From contig OY769902.1 in NCBI GenBank assembly GCA_963669175.1, positions 1,920,001 through 1,984,000 of the forward strand: a DNA stretch of 64,000 nucleotides. Reading direction: 5' to 3'. Source of the stretch: a bacterium (GTDB taxonomy: Bacteria > Electryoneota > Electryoneia > Electryoneales > Electryoneaceae). Shown piece by piece: positions 39,172 to 49,697 of the stretch. Below the pieces are notes generated by a model. That model was not told where the DNA came from. It worked only from the letters and a program-made list of their open reading frames with translations, and made no database searches. Each line of letters starts with the position of its first letter. Position 1 is the stretch's first letter. The position numbers and the translations under genes are program-made.

Positions 39172-41238
39172 TCAGGATGTTTCTGTCTCTGCAGGTTGCC
39201 CCGGCTCCAGCCCCGGTTTGTTCTCACGGGCAACCAGTGTTTCCGCGATTAGTGCGGCCAGGGCAAGCGTTAAAAACCACCAACTTATTTCACGTCCATG
39301 TCTGTAATTGGACAACCATTCCACGACCTCTTCGGGCTCACCAGGGTTCATGCTGCCGGAAATGTGGTTGGCATACTGCTTCTGTTCAGGTTGAATCTCG
39401 CTCTCAGCCAGTACAGTTCTCACTGCCATCAGATCAAGCTCAGTCGATCCATGAACAAGACGGTACAAGCCCGGCCAGAAGGTCTGATCTGAGACAAGCA
39501 CTTCCAGATCTTCATGGAAACCGGGAACAGCAGGTTGACGGTTTCCCAGGGGATCAATTGTCTCCAACATGCCCGGATCAATACCCTCCGGTAAGGACCA
39601 GAATATCGGTTCTCCACAGGAAATCTGTTCCCGAATGCTGCCTTCTCCCGAGGCAAGATAGTGCATTCCCTGCTGCACAAGAGGGGCAAAGATACCGGAA
39701 AACGGCCAGTCTGTCCAACTGGTGTCCGCTGCCGATGGTGTCAGCCAGATTCGTCCGGTTCCAACCTCACGTTCCACAATGAAAGGCGCACCGGTTGTGA
39801 GGCGAACCAGAACCTGGTCATCATCTGACGGAACCTGCCTTGCATACCGTTTTACCGAAGGCTGGTCATACCGGCCTTTTCCCGCAATCAATCCCTGTAG
39901 CGCGGGATGTTTTGTGTCAATGCTTTCCCACATCCCGGACACGTTCTCATTGGTCGATACCAGGGGGCCGTAACCCAGCGCTTGCAGGATATCACGGTTG
40001 TAACTGGCGAGATCAACCTGGTTGCCAAGCAGCAGCCAGGCGCCGCCGCCATTTTCAAGGTATTGCAGAAGAACCTGTGTTTCAGCATTGGAGAATGCTG
40101 GCACTCCGGCGAACACAACGGCATCGTACCTGCCGAGATCCAAGCCCTGTAAACCACCTGGTTTGGTGGTTACCGCAAACCGTGATGCCTGTCCCTGAGG
40201 ATCAAGCGCCAGCTTGAAGAATCGCTGTGCCTGCTGGTCCGATCCCAAGACAAGCACCTGTTGTGTACCAGGCACTTGAAGCACAAAGGCCAGACGGTTA
40301 TCAAGGGACAGCGCGTCATCTACATCAATGTCGATTTCACCGGCTATAGCGCCTGTCTTGTTGGGCAGCAGGGTAAACCGTTTAGTGACCGTGCCTTCAA
40401 CGGGTACGGTTACTGTAGCTTCAGCCAGTTTTCTGCGGTCAAGGCTGATTGAAACCAGCACATCGTGCGCCGCATCGCCACCGGAGGATCCGATGGTGAC
40501 ATCCAGATCGATCGATTTTCCTTTGGAGCCTTCAGCATACGCCGGGTGAACTTCCTGTATGAAGAGATTGACCGCAGGACGTTGCGCAACGGGGACTTGG
40601 AGAACAGAAACACCGTCCGGAAGCGGAACCAGTGTATCCGGGCACTCATCGCAAAAGTCAGATATCCAGATCAGTTCTTTATTCGGTGAAGCTGTTTCTG
40701 TTAGCATTTTGCCTGCACGAATCCAGGAATCGGACAGGTCTGCGCTACGTCCGTCTGTTTCGAGCTGGCTAATCCAGCGTGGCTCGGTTTCTCGCCCTGT
40801 CATCCAGCCCAGGTCACGACTGCCGGTGCCATCTGCAATCACCAGGGCCAGTCTGCTGTTCTGCCCCGCCGCCTGGTGAATACCTTCCAGTGTTTTCCGT
40901 GCAAGGCTGATCGCGGAGCCGCCGGGACGTTTGGCGTTCATTGACGCTGACAGGTCGAGCAATACCACTGTGTCACGTCGGGTACCGGCGCTCCCGGATT
41001 TGGTTAATGCCGGACGCAAAAAGGCCAACGCCAGAAACAGGAGCGCCAGGGTTCTCAGGGCAAGGAGTAACCATTGACGTATTCGCAACTTCCGCATGCG
41101 TTTGACTTGCAAACGACGCAGAAATTCCAGTGTTGGGAACGGTTGACGTTTTAGCCGTCGTCGTCCCAGCAGGTGAATCAGAATGGGTAATCCTGCCAAC
41201 AACAAACCGGCAAGTAGTGCAGAGTTCAGAAAAGTCAT
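39172..41238 (-). CDS. BatA-domain / vWA-like membrane protein
   Basis: 'PILIHLL..RR....FPTL.FL' double-TM N-terminus; DLSASM MIDAS-like motif; C-terminal 'L.ETL'. Confidence 0.85.
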   Translation of the reverse strand: MTFLNSALLAGLLLAGLPILIHLLGRRRLKRQPFPTLEFLRRLQVKRMRKLRIRQWLLLALRTLALLFLALAFLRPALTKSGSAGTRRDTVVLLDLSASMNAKRPGGSAISLARKTLEGIHQAAGQNSRLALVIADGTGSRDLGWMTGRETEPRWISQLETDGRSADLSDSWIRAGKMLTETASPNKELIWISDFCDECPDTLVPLPDGVSVLQVPVAQRPAVNLFIQEVHPAYAEGSKGKSIDLDVTIGSSGGDAAHDVLVSISLDRRKLAEATVTVPVEGTVTKRFTLLPNKTGAIAGEIDIDVDDALSLDNRLAFVLQVPGTQQVLVLGSDQQAQRFFKLALDPQGQASRFAVTTKPGGLQGLDLGRYDAVVFAGVPAFSNAETQVLLQYLENGGGAWLLLGNQVDLASYNRDILQALGYGPLVSTNENVSGMWESIDTKHPALQGLIAGKGRYDQPSVKRYARQVPSDDDQVLVRLTTGAPFIVEREVGTGRIWLTPSAADTSWTDWPFSGIFAPLVQQGMHYLASGEGSIREQISCGEPIFWSLPEGIDPGMLETIDPLGNRQPAVPGFHEDLEVLVSDQTFWPGLYRLVHGSTELDLMAVRTVLAESEIQPEQKQYANHISGSMNPGEPEEVVEWLSNYRHGREISWWFLTLALAALIAETLVARENKPGLEPGQPAETETS

Positions 41239-41392
41239 GCAGTCCCGTTTGTTTGCCCTGTAAACGCCAATTGTACGACTGGCTCTTCGGCGCTGTTCCA
41301 AAGTACCGTTTCATTGTCAGTTCAGCAAGTTGAATTTTGCTTGCCGGGCTGTGAATGCCTATATTTGCGGGCACCAAACGGAGGCGATTGAG

Positions 41393-41887
41393 ATGAGACG
41401 CTGTACACCAGTATTGTGGGCGCTCGCTGCCCTGATGTTGCTGTCTTTACTGCCCGGATGCGGAAAGAAGAAGGACCGGCAGAATAAGCCGACAACTGTG
41501 AATCTTGTCAGTATTGTCGGAGTGCGTGGCGAGGAATACAACATCGTAGTCAGCGACCCGGAGAATACGCCTGCGGGTGAAGTGCAGGTGAGGGGCGACA
41601 GCGATATCATCAATGTGGGCGAGAAGCTTGAAATGGAAATGCCCAATCTACGTTCCTGTTTTCTCACCGAGAAACGTGAAAACCACGCATTAAGCGGGAT
41701 GGTTCATGTCAAATTCCGGATCAAAACGGATGGACGTGTTGTCAACCTGGAAGTCACCGGCAAAGACTGGAATAACCATGAACAGGGCATGAAAGTGGAG
41801 ATGTGTATCACACGGATCCTGGCGAAATGGAATTTCCCGCTGGGAAAGAAAGATGTTGAAAATGATTTCGTCCTCCACTTTCAGTAA
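41393..41887 (+). CDS. Lipoprotein with AgmX/PglI (TonB-C-like) C-terminal domain
   Basis: Lipobox LPGC; 'LRSCF.......LSG.V.V.F.I..DG.V...CI...L..W.FP'. Confidence 0.7.
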   Translation: MRRCTPVLWALAALMLLSLLPGCGKKKDRQNKPTTVNLVSIVGVRGEEYNIVVSDPENTPAGEVQVRGDSDIINVGEKLEMEMPNLRSCFLTEKRENHALSGMVHVKFRIKTDGRVVNLEVTGKDWNNHEQGMKVEMCITRILAKWNFPLGKKDVENDFVLHFQ

Positions 41888-41909
41888 GCGAAAAAGATGT
41901 TTCCTCATC

Positions 41910-41943
41910 AAACTGATTCTCAAATCTGAGAGTCAGTTTTTTT
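41910..41943 (+). terminator. Intrinsic terminator
   Basis: AAACTGATTCTCA-aatc-TGAGAGTCAGTTT plus T run. Confidence 0.7.
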
Positions 41944-42381
41944 ATTGTGACATGTTACAGATAAGAACCGAAAATGGCGTTTGTTGATCAATGTCGTGTT
42001 GATGATAGTGATAAGTACTTGTGGAACAAGAAGTATAAATATAATGTAACTGCTTGCCAATTCTTGCTTTCGCTACCTCTGGAGCTTGTGTCTTGTTCGA
42101 ATTCTACTTTGAGGGGTGTCTCAAAATCTGCGATATTAATAATGGTGCGCGAGCTTCGGGTATAAGGGGTTTGCTCTTGATCATATGATGACAGTATGTG
42201 AATGCCACATGCATCCCCTTCTCCTCTACCAGAAGCAAGGCTGACCAAGCGATTTTCAGTGCAAGGATATATTGAATTTGTAGAGTGATGACAGCAGAGA
42301 GTTCATCTGTTGTGATTCGGACATGGATTGCATGTTGTAGCCGTATTGATGGTAATTTTTCTGTGAAATGTGGGAGGCATT

Positions 42382-43038
42382 ATGCATATTCAGACATCTT
42401 CTCAAGAACGAATGCGGATCGGTTTTGGGAATCATACCTGCAACTGGGGATTACATCTCGCAGGCTTGTATGAAACGGAAGAGGAGAGAGATGAAATCCT
42501 GTTCGGGTATTTCAAACAGGGGCTGGAAGACGGGGACATGAATCTTTATTGTCCTACCGAGCGAACCGTAGAGGATTTCCAGCAGAAGTTCACCAGTTTT
42601 TATCCTGCCTGTGCCGAGAAACTTAGTGATCCCAACCATTTCTCACTGTTGACAACCAAAGCATTGTACTATCCGTCCGGTACGTTTTCCCCGTGGGATA
42701 TGGATGACGCGTTGAATGCTTATTACAAGACATCTCAAGCGAAAGGGAAAAGGTATATTCGTGCGACGGCTGAGATGGTATGGGCATTAGAAGATGTTCC
42801 CGGTGTAGAAAACCTGATGGCGTATGAATCCCGCCTGAACTATTTCATTCCGGGTAAGCCCTGGGCCAGTATCTGCTTGTATAATGTCACGAAGTTTCCG
42901 GGTGAGATTATCATGAATGTCTTGAAAACACATCCCTTTACGGTGAGTAAGGGCATCATTTCTCAGAACCCTTACTATATGGACCCGGATGACTGGCTGG
43001 CTGACAATGCACCGCAATTCCTGCATCGAAAACAGTAG
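42382..43038 (+). CDS. Stand-alone MEDS (DcmR sensory) domain protein
   Basis: H....YETEEE, RATAEM.WAL, YESRLN, ICLY....F.....VLKTHP, NPYY. Confidence 0.85.
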   Translation: MHIQTSSQERMRIGFGNHTCNWGLHLAGLYETEEERDEILFGYFKQGLEDGDMNLYCPTERTVEDFQQKFTSFYPACAEKLSDPNHFSLLTTKALYYPSGTFSPWDMDDALNAYYKTSQAKGKRYIRATAEMVWALEDVPGVENLMAYESRLNYFIPGKPWASICLYNVTKFPGEIIMNVLKTHPFTVSKGIISQNPYYMDPDDWLADNAPQFLHRKQ

Positions 43039-43047
43039 GAAAGAATA

Positions 43048-45699
43048 ATGGACTCTTTTGCTCATGACATGCTGCTGTTGATGACGAATCTGACTCAAAT
43101 GAAAGACGAGCAACGTGTGTTGTCGCTGTTTCAGGAGGCCTTGAACAGTATATCAACGGAATTCTCACTCGAGTTTTCTGAGGTTGAGCCTTCTTCGGGT
43201 GACTATATCGACATCGTTACAACGACACGGAAGTTTGGGTATTTCATTTTCAGTGGTGTACCGGAAGCTGTTTCCGCAGAGTTCCCCGCCTTGTTGGCCA
43301 ACAGTGTTCAAATCCTGGGTATTGTTTTAGAAAAACTGCATAATGACAAGCTGTTGCAGGATGAAAAGTCGTTATTGCGTGAAAAAATCAACGAGAAGAC
43401 TCAGTCCCTGCTGGAAAGTGATGAACGATTCAAACGGCTTACTGAGAACTCACCGGATATCATTTACCGTATGACCCTGCCGGAGGGGAGATATGAATAT
43501 GTCAGTCCTGCTGCGGAAGTTTTGACCGGTTATTCGCCCGAGGAGTGGTATCAAACCGATGCGATCATCCGAAAACTAATTCATCCTGATTGGCAGGAGT
43601 ACCTGGAAGAAGAGTGGACAAAGCTCATTCATGGGGAAATGTCACCATCATATGAATACCAGGTTGTGCATCGAAACGGTTTGATTCGATGGTTCAATCA
43701 GAGAAATGTCCTGATTACGAATGGCAATGGCAGTCCAGTGGCAATTGAAGGTATTGTGACGGATGTGACCACGCAGAAGCAGGTCGAAGAAGCCCTTACA
43801 GGTCGTGAAGAACGCTATCGAGCGCTGATTGATGCAATGCCTGATGTCGTGATCCGGTTTGACGAGGATGGGCGTCATGTCTTCGTCTCTGAGAACATTA
43901 CAGAAGCGTTTTCTGTTCCGGCCCACAGGTACGTTGGCAAAACGCATGATGAATTGGGCTTTTCCGCGGAACACTGCTGGTTCTGGCAGGAGGCGATACA
44001 GAAAGTAGTTACCTCCTCGAAGCCAGTTGAGGCAGAATATACTTTCAACGGCGCTGACAAAATGAAAAATTTCAATTTGAGGTTTTTCCCGGAGTGCAAT
44101 GAGCAGGGGGCAGTTATATCAGTGCTGGCGATATGCAGGGATATTACACTTCATCGGCAACTGGAGAAGAATTACAAAGCTTTGTTCCGTGAAATGCTGG
44201 ATGGATTTGCGCTGCATGAGATAATCTATAATGGCGATGGCAGTCCGGTTGATTATCGCTTTCTAGCTGTGAATCCAGCTTTCGAAAAGATGACCGGTCT
44301 GCGGGGAAAAGACATCATCGGTAAAACAGTGAAGACTGTTATCCCCGGCATAGAAGATCACTGGATAGACACCTATGGCCGAGTCGCATCAACCGGTGAG
44401 CCGGCATTCTTCGAGGAGTATGCAGGTGGTCTTGATAAGCATTTCGAGGTAACTGCGTACCGTCCAGCCGCAGGACAATTTGCCTGTATTTTTTCTGACA
44501 TTACGGAACGTATCAAAATTGCGGAAGAACGTCAGCGACTGGAAGAACAGCTATACCAAGCGCAAAAAATGGAATCTATCGGGAGGCTGGCTGGCGGAGT
44601 GGCCCATGATTTTAACAACATGCTGAGCGCAATTCTGGGCAATGTTGAACTGGTTTTGAATGAGTTTGATGAATCGGATCCTTCTTATGAAGATCTGCTT
44701 GAGATTAAGAAAGCTGCCACACGTTCTACCGACCTGACAAAACAACTACTGGGTTTTGCCCGGAAGCAGACCGTTGCCCTGAAAGTATTCAACCTGAACG
44801 ATGTGATCAGCGGTCTATTAAAAATGCTGAAAAGGCTGATTGGTGAAAACATCGAACTTGTCTGGAAACCGGGTGAGACAACCTGGCAAATTCGGATTGA
44901 TCCATCCCAGATTGATCAGATCATGACGAACATGATGGTCAATGCACGAGATGCGATCACTGATGTGGGGATAATAACCATCGAGACCCGGGAAGCGATT
45001 ATTGATGAAAAATTTGCGTTATCTCATCCAGGCATGGAAACAGGTGAATATGTAATGCTCTCTATTCAGGATAATGGCGGTGGCATGACTGAAGAGACCC
45101 TGGCCAATCTCTTTGATCCTTTCTATACAACTAAACCGGCGGGGAAAGGAACCGGCCTTGGATTGGCAACAGTGTATGGTATTGTCAAGCAGAACCAGGG
45201 ATATATTGGTGTAGATAGTGTAGTTGGACAAGGAACCTGTTTTAACATCTATCTGCCACGTCACAGGGGTAAATCTATTGAGGCTATTACTGTAAACAAG
45301 ACGGAAACAGTGATCCAGGGAGAAGAGACAGTTCTGTTTGTTGAGGATGAACCCTCAATTCTTTCCCTTGGGGCGAAGATGTTGAAAAGCCTGGGATACA
45401 ATGTCCTGACTGCCGGAAGACCCCGGGAAGCCATTGAGTTGGCATCGAAGTATGGTGGTGAAATTCACCTGCTGATTACAGATGTCATTATGCCGGAGAT
45501 GAATGGAAAAGAAATGGCCAATCAGATTCAGACATTTTATCCGAATCTGAAGCGCTTGTTCATATCAGGTTATACGGCAGATGTAATAGCTCATAATGGT
45601 GTTCTGGAAGAAGGGACGTGTTTTGTTCAGAAACCCTTCTCAGTGAAAACACTCTCGTCCAAAGTTCGTGCTGCCCTGGAAAGTCAGGCGCCCCGCTAA
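43048..45699 (+). CDS. Hybrid sensor histidine kinase (3 PAS, HisKA, HATPase, REC)
   Basis: [40 protein letters not shown]...TDVIMP. Confidence 0.93.
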   Translation: MDSFAHDMLLLMTNLTQMKDEQRVLSLFQEALNSISTEFSLEFSEVEPSSGDYIDIVTTTRKFGYFIFSGVPEAVSAEFPALLANSVQILGIVLEKLHNDKLLQDEKSLLREKINEKTQSLLESDERFKRLTENSPDIIYRMTLPEGRYEYVSPAAEVLTGYSPEEWYQTDAIIRKLIHPDWQEYLEEEWTKLIHGEMSPSYEYQVVHRNGLIRWFNQRNVLITNGNGSPVAIEGIVTDVTTQKQVEEALTGREERYRALIDAMPDVVIRFDEDGRHVFVSENITEAFSVPAHRYVGKTHDELGFSAEHCWFWQEAIQKVVTSSKPVEAEYTFNGADKMKNFNLRFFPECNEQGAVISVLAICRDITLHRQLEKNYKALFREMLDGFALHEIIYNGDGSPVDYRFLAVNPAFEKMTGLRGKDIIGKTVKTVIPGIEDHWIDTYGRVASTGEPAFFEEYAGGLDKHFEVTAYRPAAGQFACIFSDITERIKIAEERQRLEEQLYQAQKMESIGRLAGGVAHDFNNMLSAILGNVELVLNEFDESDPSYEDLLEIKKAATRSTDLTKQLLGFARKQTVALKVFNLNDVISGLLKMLKRLIGENIELVWKPGETTWQIRIDPSQIDQIMTNMMVNARDAITDVGIITIETREAIIDEKFALSHPGMETGEYVMLSIQDNGGGMTEETLANLFDPFYTTKPAGKGTGLGLATVYGIVKQNQGYIGVDSVVGQGTCFNIYLPRHRGKSIEAITVNKTETVIQGEETVLFVEDEPSILSLGAKMLKSLGYNVLTAGRPREAIELASKYGGEIHLLITDVIMPEMNGKEMANQIQTFYPNLKRLFISGYTADVIAHNGVLEEGTCFVQKPFSVKTLSSKVRAALESQAPR

Positions 45700-45999
45700 C
45701 TCCATCGCCTGGCCTAATTATTTCGCGAATGATATGGCAGATGGGTACTTGCCGGTGTGTGTCACTCCATCCCGATGCGCTCCGGAGTGAAGCGAAAGGG
45801 TTTGCTTGTGTGGGAGTATTCTGGCTGTATCAAGCCAGGAATATCAATCACTTGCGAATCGGGCCACCCAGGCTCTCCGCAGTTCCCGACTTGCTCATAA
45901 TCCGCTTCATAAGAGGACGCCCCACAAATCTTGTCAGCATCTCGAGAGTATCGTGTTGCACTTCCGGCAAATCTGGCCATGCACTCTTTTGCAGTACTG

Positions 46000-47034
46000 T
46001 TAGAAACGTACAGATCCACCCAGGCTTTCCGCTGATTTGTAAGAATCAACACCTGAATCCGAACCCGAGAAGGCAACCATCTCCCTGATAAATCCCACAA
46101 CCTCTGCAGCGCGTGTGTAATGGATTGCGTGTCCGGCATCCGGAATCTGACGGTACTGCCAGCCCAGCGAATCAGCCCATGCGGGCAGTGGATCATCGCT
46201 GAAATACACATCATGTTCACCAATCATGATCCCGACAGGCACCTGGATAGCCCCATACTTCTCAGATTCTTCGCCCAGTGCGGTATTGACCGCGCTCATA
46301 TCATCCGCCATGATCTTGACAGCTTGCGGACGTTGGGACAGCAGGATTGTCTCGCCCCAGTAATCATCCGGAACCGGTTCCGGTGAAAAAGTTCGTTTGG
46401 TCAGAGGATTCCGTACCAGGCAACCGACTGGAACGGCCAGGGTATGCAGCAGGGCGTCAGATAGAACCGGAATCTGAGCGACGGGATAGACAATATCCAC
46501 AGTGCGCTCGTTTGGCAGGATATAGGGGGCAAGAAGCGCCAGCGCAGCGAGATCATCCGGGTATTCCACTGCATAAGAAGCCGCGACAGCGCCTCCCCAG
46601 GACAGGCCAACAATGACAGGCTTCTCAATGCCCAGCTCAAGAATTGCGCGATGAATGATGTCCGCCTGCGCACGTGGATCACCATTCATCCCGTTAGGAC
46701 GTTTGCTGTGTCCATGTCCGGCACGGTCAAAAGCGTAAACATGGCAGGTGGTTGCCAGTGAATCGATAATGCCACGTTTGTACCAGGCATATGAAGATCC
46801 TCCGACTCCGTGCAAAAGGACAATTGTTGGCGTATTGCCCTCGCCCATCTCGAAATAGTGCTGTGGAGCGCCCAGAATGTCAACATACTTACCGGAATCA
46901 GGATAAACCTGTTCCGCCTGCTCAATTTCCACCTCAGTCATCAGGTTCATGCCGCCGATTGCACCAACCAGCGCTATCAAGGTTGCCAGCCAGATCATGA
47001 GGAGCCTGCTCTGTTTTTGCTTTGAGTAATCCAT
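46000..47034 (-). CDS. Membrane-anchored alpha/beta hydrolase
   Basis: LLHG, DRAGHGHS, GLSWGG nucleophile elbow, AGHAIH. Confidence 0.88.
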   Translation of the reverse strand: MDYSKQKQSRLLMIWLATLIALVGAIGGMNLMTEVEIEQAEQVYPDSGKYVDILGAPQHYFEMGEGNTPTIVLLHGVGGSSYAWYKRGIIDSLATTCHVYAFDRAGHGHSKRPNGMNGDPRAQADIIHRAILELGIEKPVIVGLSWGGAVAASYAVEYPDDLAALALLAPYILPNERTVDIVYPVAQIPVLSDALLHTLAVPVGCLVRNPLTKRTFSPEPVPDDYWGETILLSQRPQAVKIMADDMSAVNTALGEESEKYGAIQVPVGIMIGEHDVYFSDDPLPAWADSLGWQYRQIPDAGHAIHYTRAAEVVGFIREMVAFSGSDSGVDSYKSAESLGGSVRF

Positions 47035-47110
47035 ATAACTCCGAGATCCCCGGTCAAGCAAAGGGATGACAAGATGAGCTACTTCATTCGTGCTAGGTCT
47101 GAATCGTCCG

Positions 47111-47806
47111 TTACCAGATAAATGGCGCCAGGCGGAATTTCACTTTTCTGGTATACTCTTGATACCCCGGTAATTCTCCCTGGAGTGTTTTGTCTTCTTT
47201 ATACGTTCTGAAAACAAACAGGATCGCCACCCCAACTCCGGCAATCAGCGCCAGACAGGATTCCAGCAATAGAGCAACTGAGATGTTGGTCAGGATAGCG
47301 CCCGTGTACCCCGGATGCCGGACGAAACGATACGGACCGTGGCTGATGACGACCTGGTTTCGATCATCCTGGATTCGAACATGGCTGGAGAAGAAGGGGT
47401 TGGAGCGCATGGCCCAAAGTGTCCACAAGCTGGCGGTAATCATGATAACCAGGGAAACAAGGGGTACTGCGAGAGGAAGAGGAACAGTAAAATGAACACG
47501 TTTATCAAACCCGGCAAGCAGGATTTCCAGCAGGGGCAGTATTCCGGCTAACACAGGCAACAGCTTCTTGTCCCAGGATTTGGCTTTTCGGCCCGCTTGC
47601 TTCCTTTCTTGAACAAGGTCGGGATCATTCCAGAAAACCAGGACTGTTACCAGAATAACAGTCTCCAGGTAGACAGCAAGAAACACCCACCCGTTCCACC
47701 AGGAAATACTCCCGGTTGCCGCAAACAGGCACGCCCCCAACACGATGGCGAATAGAATGGGGCGGATCAAAGAGATGATTTTTTGTCGAATACTCAGTTC
47801 ACTCAT
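47111..47806 (-). CDS. Isoprenylcysteine carboxylmethyltransferase-family membrane protein
   Basis: NPFFS..VRIQ, GPYRFVRHPGY, RT..ED.TL..ELPGY.EY. Confidence 0.88.
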   Translation of the reverse strand: MSELSIRQKIISLIRPILFAIVLGACLFAATGSISWWNGWVFLAVYLETVILVTVLVFWNDPDLVQERKQAGRKAKSWDKKLLPVLAGILPLLEILLAGFDKRVHFTVPLPLAVPLVSLVIMITASLWTLWAMRSNPFFSSHVRIQDDRNQVVISHGPYRFVRHPGYTGAILTNISVALLLESCLALIAGVGVAILFVFRTYKEDKTLQGELPGYQEYTRKVKFRLAPFIW

Positions 47807-48872
47807 GATCAGGGTTTGAAATCATGTTTTGCTGGATATCCAGAAGCATTGCGGCTGCAACCGGGGATTCCAGCCCGATACCTTCACCGGTCTGTGAATT
47901 GAAATGAAGGTAGCAGCCATTTGTCTCCGCAAGGTTGATGAATGATTCGGTGAAGTCTCTTTCCATAACCGGAGCAAGCCACCAGTTAGTCCAGGTGTGT
48001 ACTGCTCCCCGCCAGGGAATTTGCGGATCATAGTGGGGCGAATCTGTGGGCAGCGTAGGCATTCCAAATGGCGTGGAATAGCGTTCGCCCAGGACTTCGA
48101 GTACCTGCTTTTTCATGTGTCCCGGAAGCCCAAGCAGCAACGGCATATGGGTGGACAGGCAATCTGGGTGGAGGGAACGTCCATTGAGGTGATCAACATA
48201 GCGAAACCTGCCGATAGATCCATCCCAGGGACGATCCAGCAGGGCAGCACGTCCCAGTGCTGCTCTGCGTTTTGCGCCGGTCATCAGGCGAAACTGCTTG
48301 CCCAGCGATACCAGTATCTCTTCATTCAGAATAAAGATCGCTGACAGGAAGGGATTGTATATGGAGAATGGCTTTCCTTCACCAACCTGTTTCAACAGGG
48401 CGCTGTTTCTCTTTGAGGTTTCAACCGGTGAGTCATCTTCTGTGAAGCCAAGGGGTTGATCCCAGATAGGATTGTCTTCGTCATTACTTTCCACCGGATG
48501 GGTGACGGCAATCCATTTCATGTTCAACGGGTCACGGTTCTTCCAGAACCAGGCATGCAGCTTCTCAACTCGGGGCAAAAGCGGTTTGATACGCTGCACA
48601 TTGTCGCTTTGGGAGGTGATTCGTTGTAAAACGAGCGCAAGGATCGGCAGGGCGGATAACTCACACCACGGTGTATCGCCGATAGAGTGGCGAAGATGTC
48701 CGTCATTCTGCTGATGACTCAGTGTTTCCGTAACTATAGTTGTTGCCAGGTCCGTATCCAGATAAGACCAGCCCAGGGCAAGGACCAGATGTTCGGTCAG
48801 AGAAAAAATTGAATCATTCTGAAGAAGGTCGGCTTTCGAAGCCTGCAACAAAGTTTCAGCATGTTTCAGCAT
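47799..48872 (-). CDS. GH63/mannosylglycerate-hydrolase-like (alpha/alpha)6 protein, divergent
   Basis: 'H.WF..NRDP', 'HPVES..DNP.WD', 'P.YDP..PWRGAV', 'FNSQTGEGIG'. Confidence 0.6.
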   Translation of the reverse strand: MLKHAETLLQASKADLLQNDSIFSLTEHLVLALGWSYLDTDLATTIVTETLSHQQNDGHLRHSIGDTPWCELSALPILALVLQRITSQSDNVQRIKPLLPRVEKLHAWFWKNRDPLNMKWIAVTHPVESNDEDNPIWDQPLGFTEDDSPVETSKRNSALLKQVGEGKPFSIYNPFLSAIFILNEEILVSLGKQFRLMTGAKRRAALGRAALLDRPWDGSIGRFRYVDHLNGRSLHPDCLSTHMPLLLGLPGHMKKQVLEVLGERYSTPFGMPTLPTDSPHYDPQIPWRGAVHTWTNWWLAPVMERDFTESFINLAETNGCYLHFNSQTGEGIGLESPVAAAMLLDIQQNMISNPDHE

Positions 48873-49050
48873 GATGGGGCTCCTGCAATTGTGTGGTATC
48901 AAACATAATGCTATCAGGCAAGTGAGGACAAAGACACAGGAGAGCTACCGGAGAGAGAGAAAAAGAGCAATGGAAAATATTTCCATAGTGTATTTGCAAT
49001 AATTTATGTATACTGAAGAAATTGAGGATTTTCCAGAACTTGAGGGAAGC

Positions 49051-49638
49051 ATGAGAATCCTGATAACGGATGATTCACTTACGATGCGCCGTGCAATTCG
49101 CAGTATCCTTTCCATGGGTGGGTATACAGATGTCATCGAAGCCTGCAACGGTCAGGAAGCCCTGGATAGATTATACGGGATTGATGTTGTTCTGATGGAT
49201 TGGAATATGCCTGTCATGAATGGTTTGACGGCAGTGAAGGCCATCCGGGCGGATACGAAGTTCTGTGATATTCCTATTATCATGGTGACTACTGAAGGCG
49301 CTCGTGAAACTGTAATTGACGCCATGCGCAATGGTGTCAGCGATTTTGTGATTAAACCTGTTGATCCGAAAGTATTGCTGGACAAGATCAGGAGTTTGAC
49401 AGCACATCAGGAAACTGCTGATGTTGCCGTCGGGCAACGGAGTTTTATACTGACATCTGAGGTGCATGGCATCATCAATACACTGGCTGACAAACTTGAT
49501 GCGGAAGGGATCGAATCACGAAATGCCAGCAAGTTGATCAGGTATTGTGTACTACAGCTTTGTCCGGATACAAGCGATAAATCACTAAAAAAAGCCGTGG
49601 AACAGATCCGGAAAGACGCACGCTGGTCGAAGGCGTAG
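49051..49638 (+). CDS. CheY-like response regulator with short C-terminal extension
   Basis: ILITDDS..MRR, DWNMPVMNG, IIMVTTEG, FVIKP. Confidence 0.88.
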   Translation: MRILITDDSLTMRRAIRSILSMGGYTDVIEACNGQEALDRLYGIDVVLMDWNMPVMNGLTAVKAIRADTKFCDIPIIMVTTEGARETVIDAMRNGVSDFVIKPVDPKVLLDKIRSLTAHQETADVAVGQRSFILTSEVHGIINTLADKLDAEGIESRNASKLIRYCVLQLCPDTSDKSLKKAVEQIRKDARWSKA

Positions 49639-49645
49639 AAAAGAA

Positions 49646-49672
49646 AAACCCGCGTTGCATCAACGCGGGTTT
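49646..49672. terminator. Bidirectional terminator
   Basis: AAACCCGCGTTG-cat-CAACGCGGGTTT between convergent genes. Confidence 0.75.
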
Positions 49673-49697
49673 GGATTTCAAAGGAATTCTTTCCGAC

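Noticed and set aside
45762-45980. Small ORF between the kinase and the hydrolase
   Set aside because: No recognisable motif or clear RBS; not supportable
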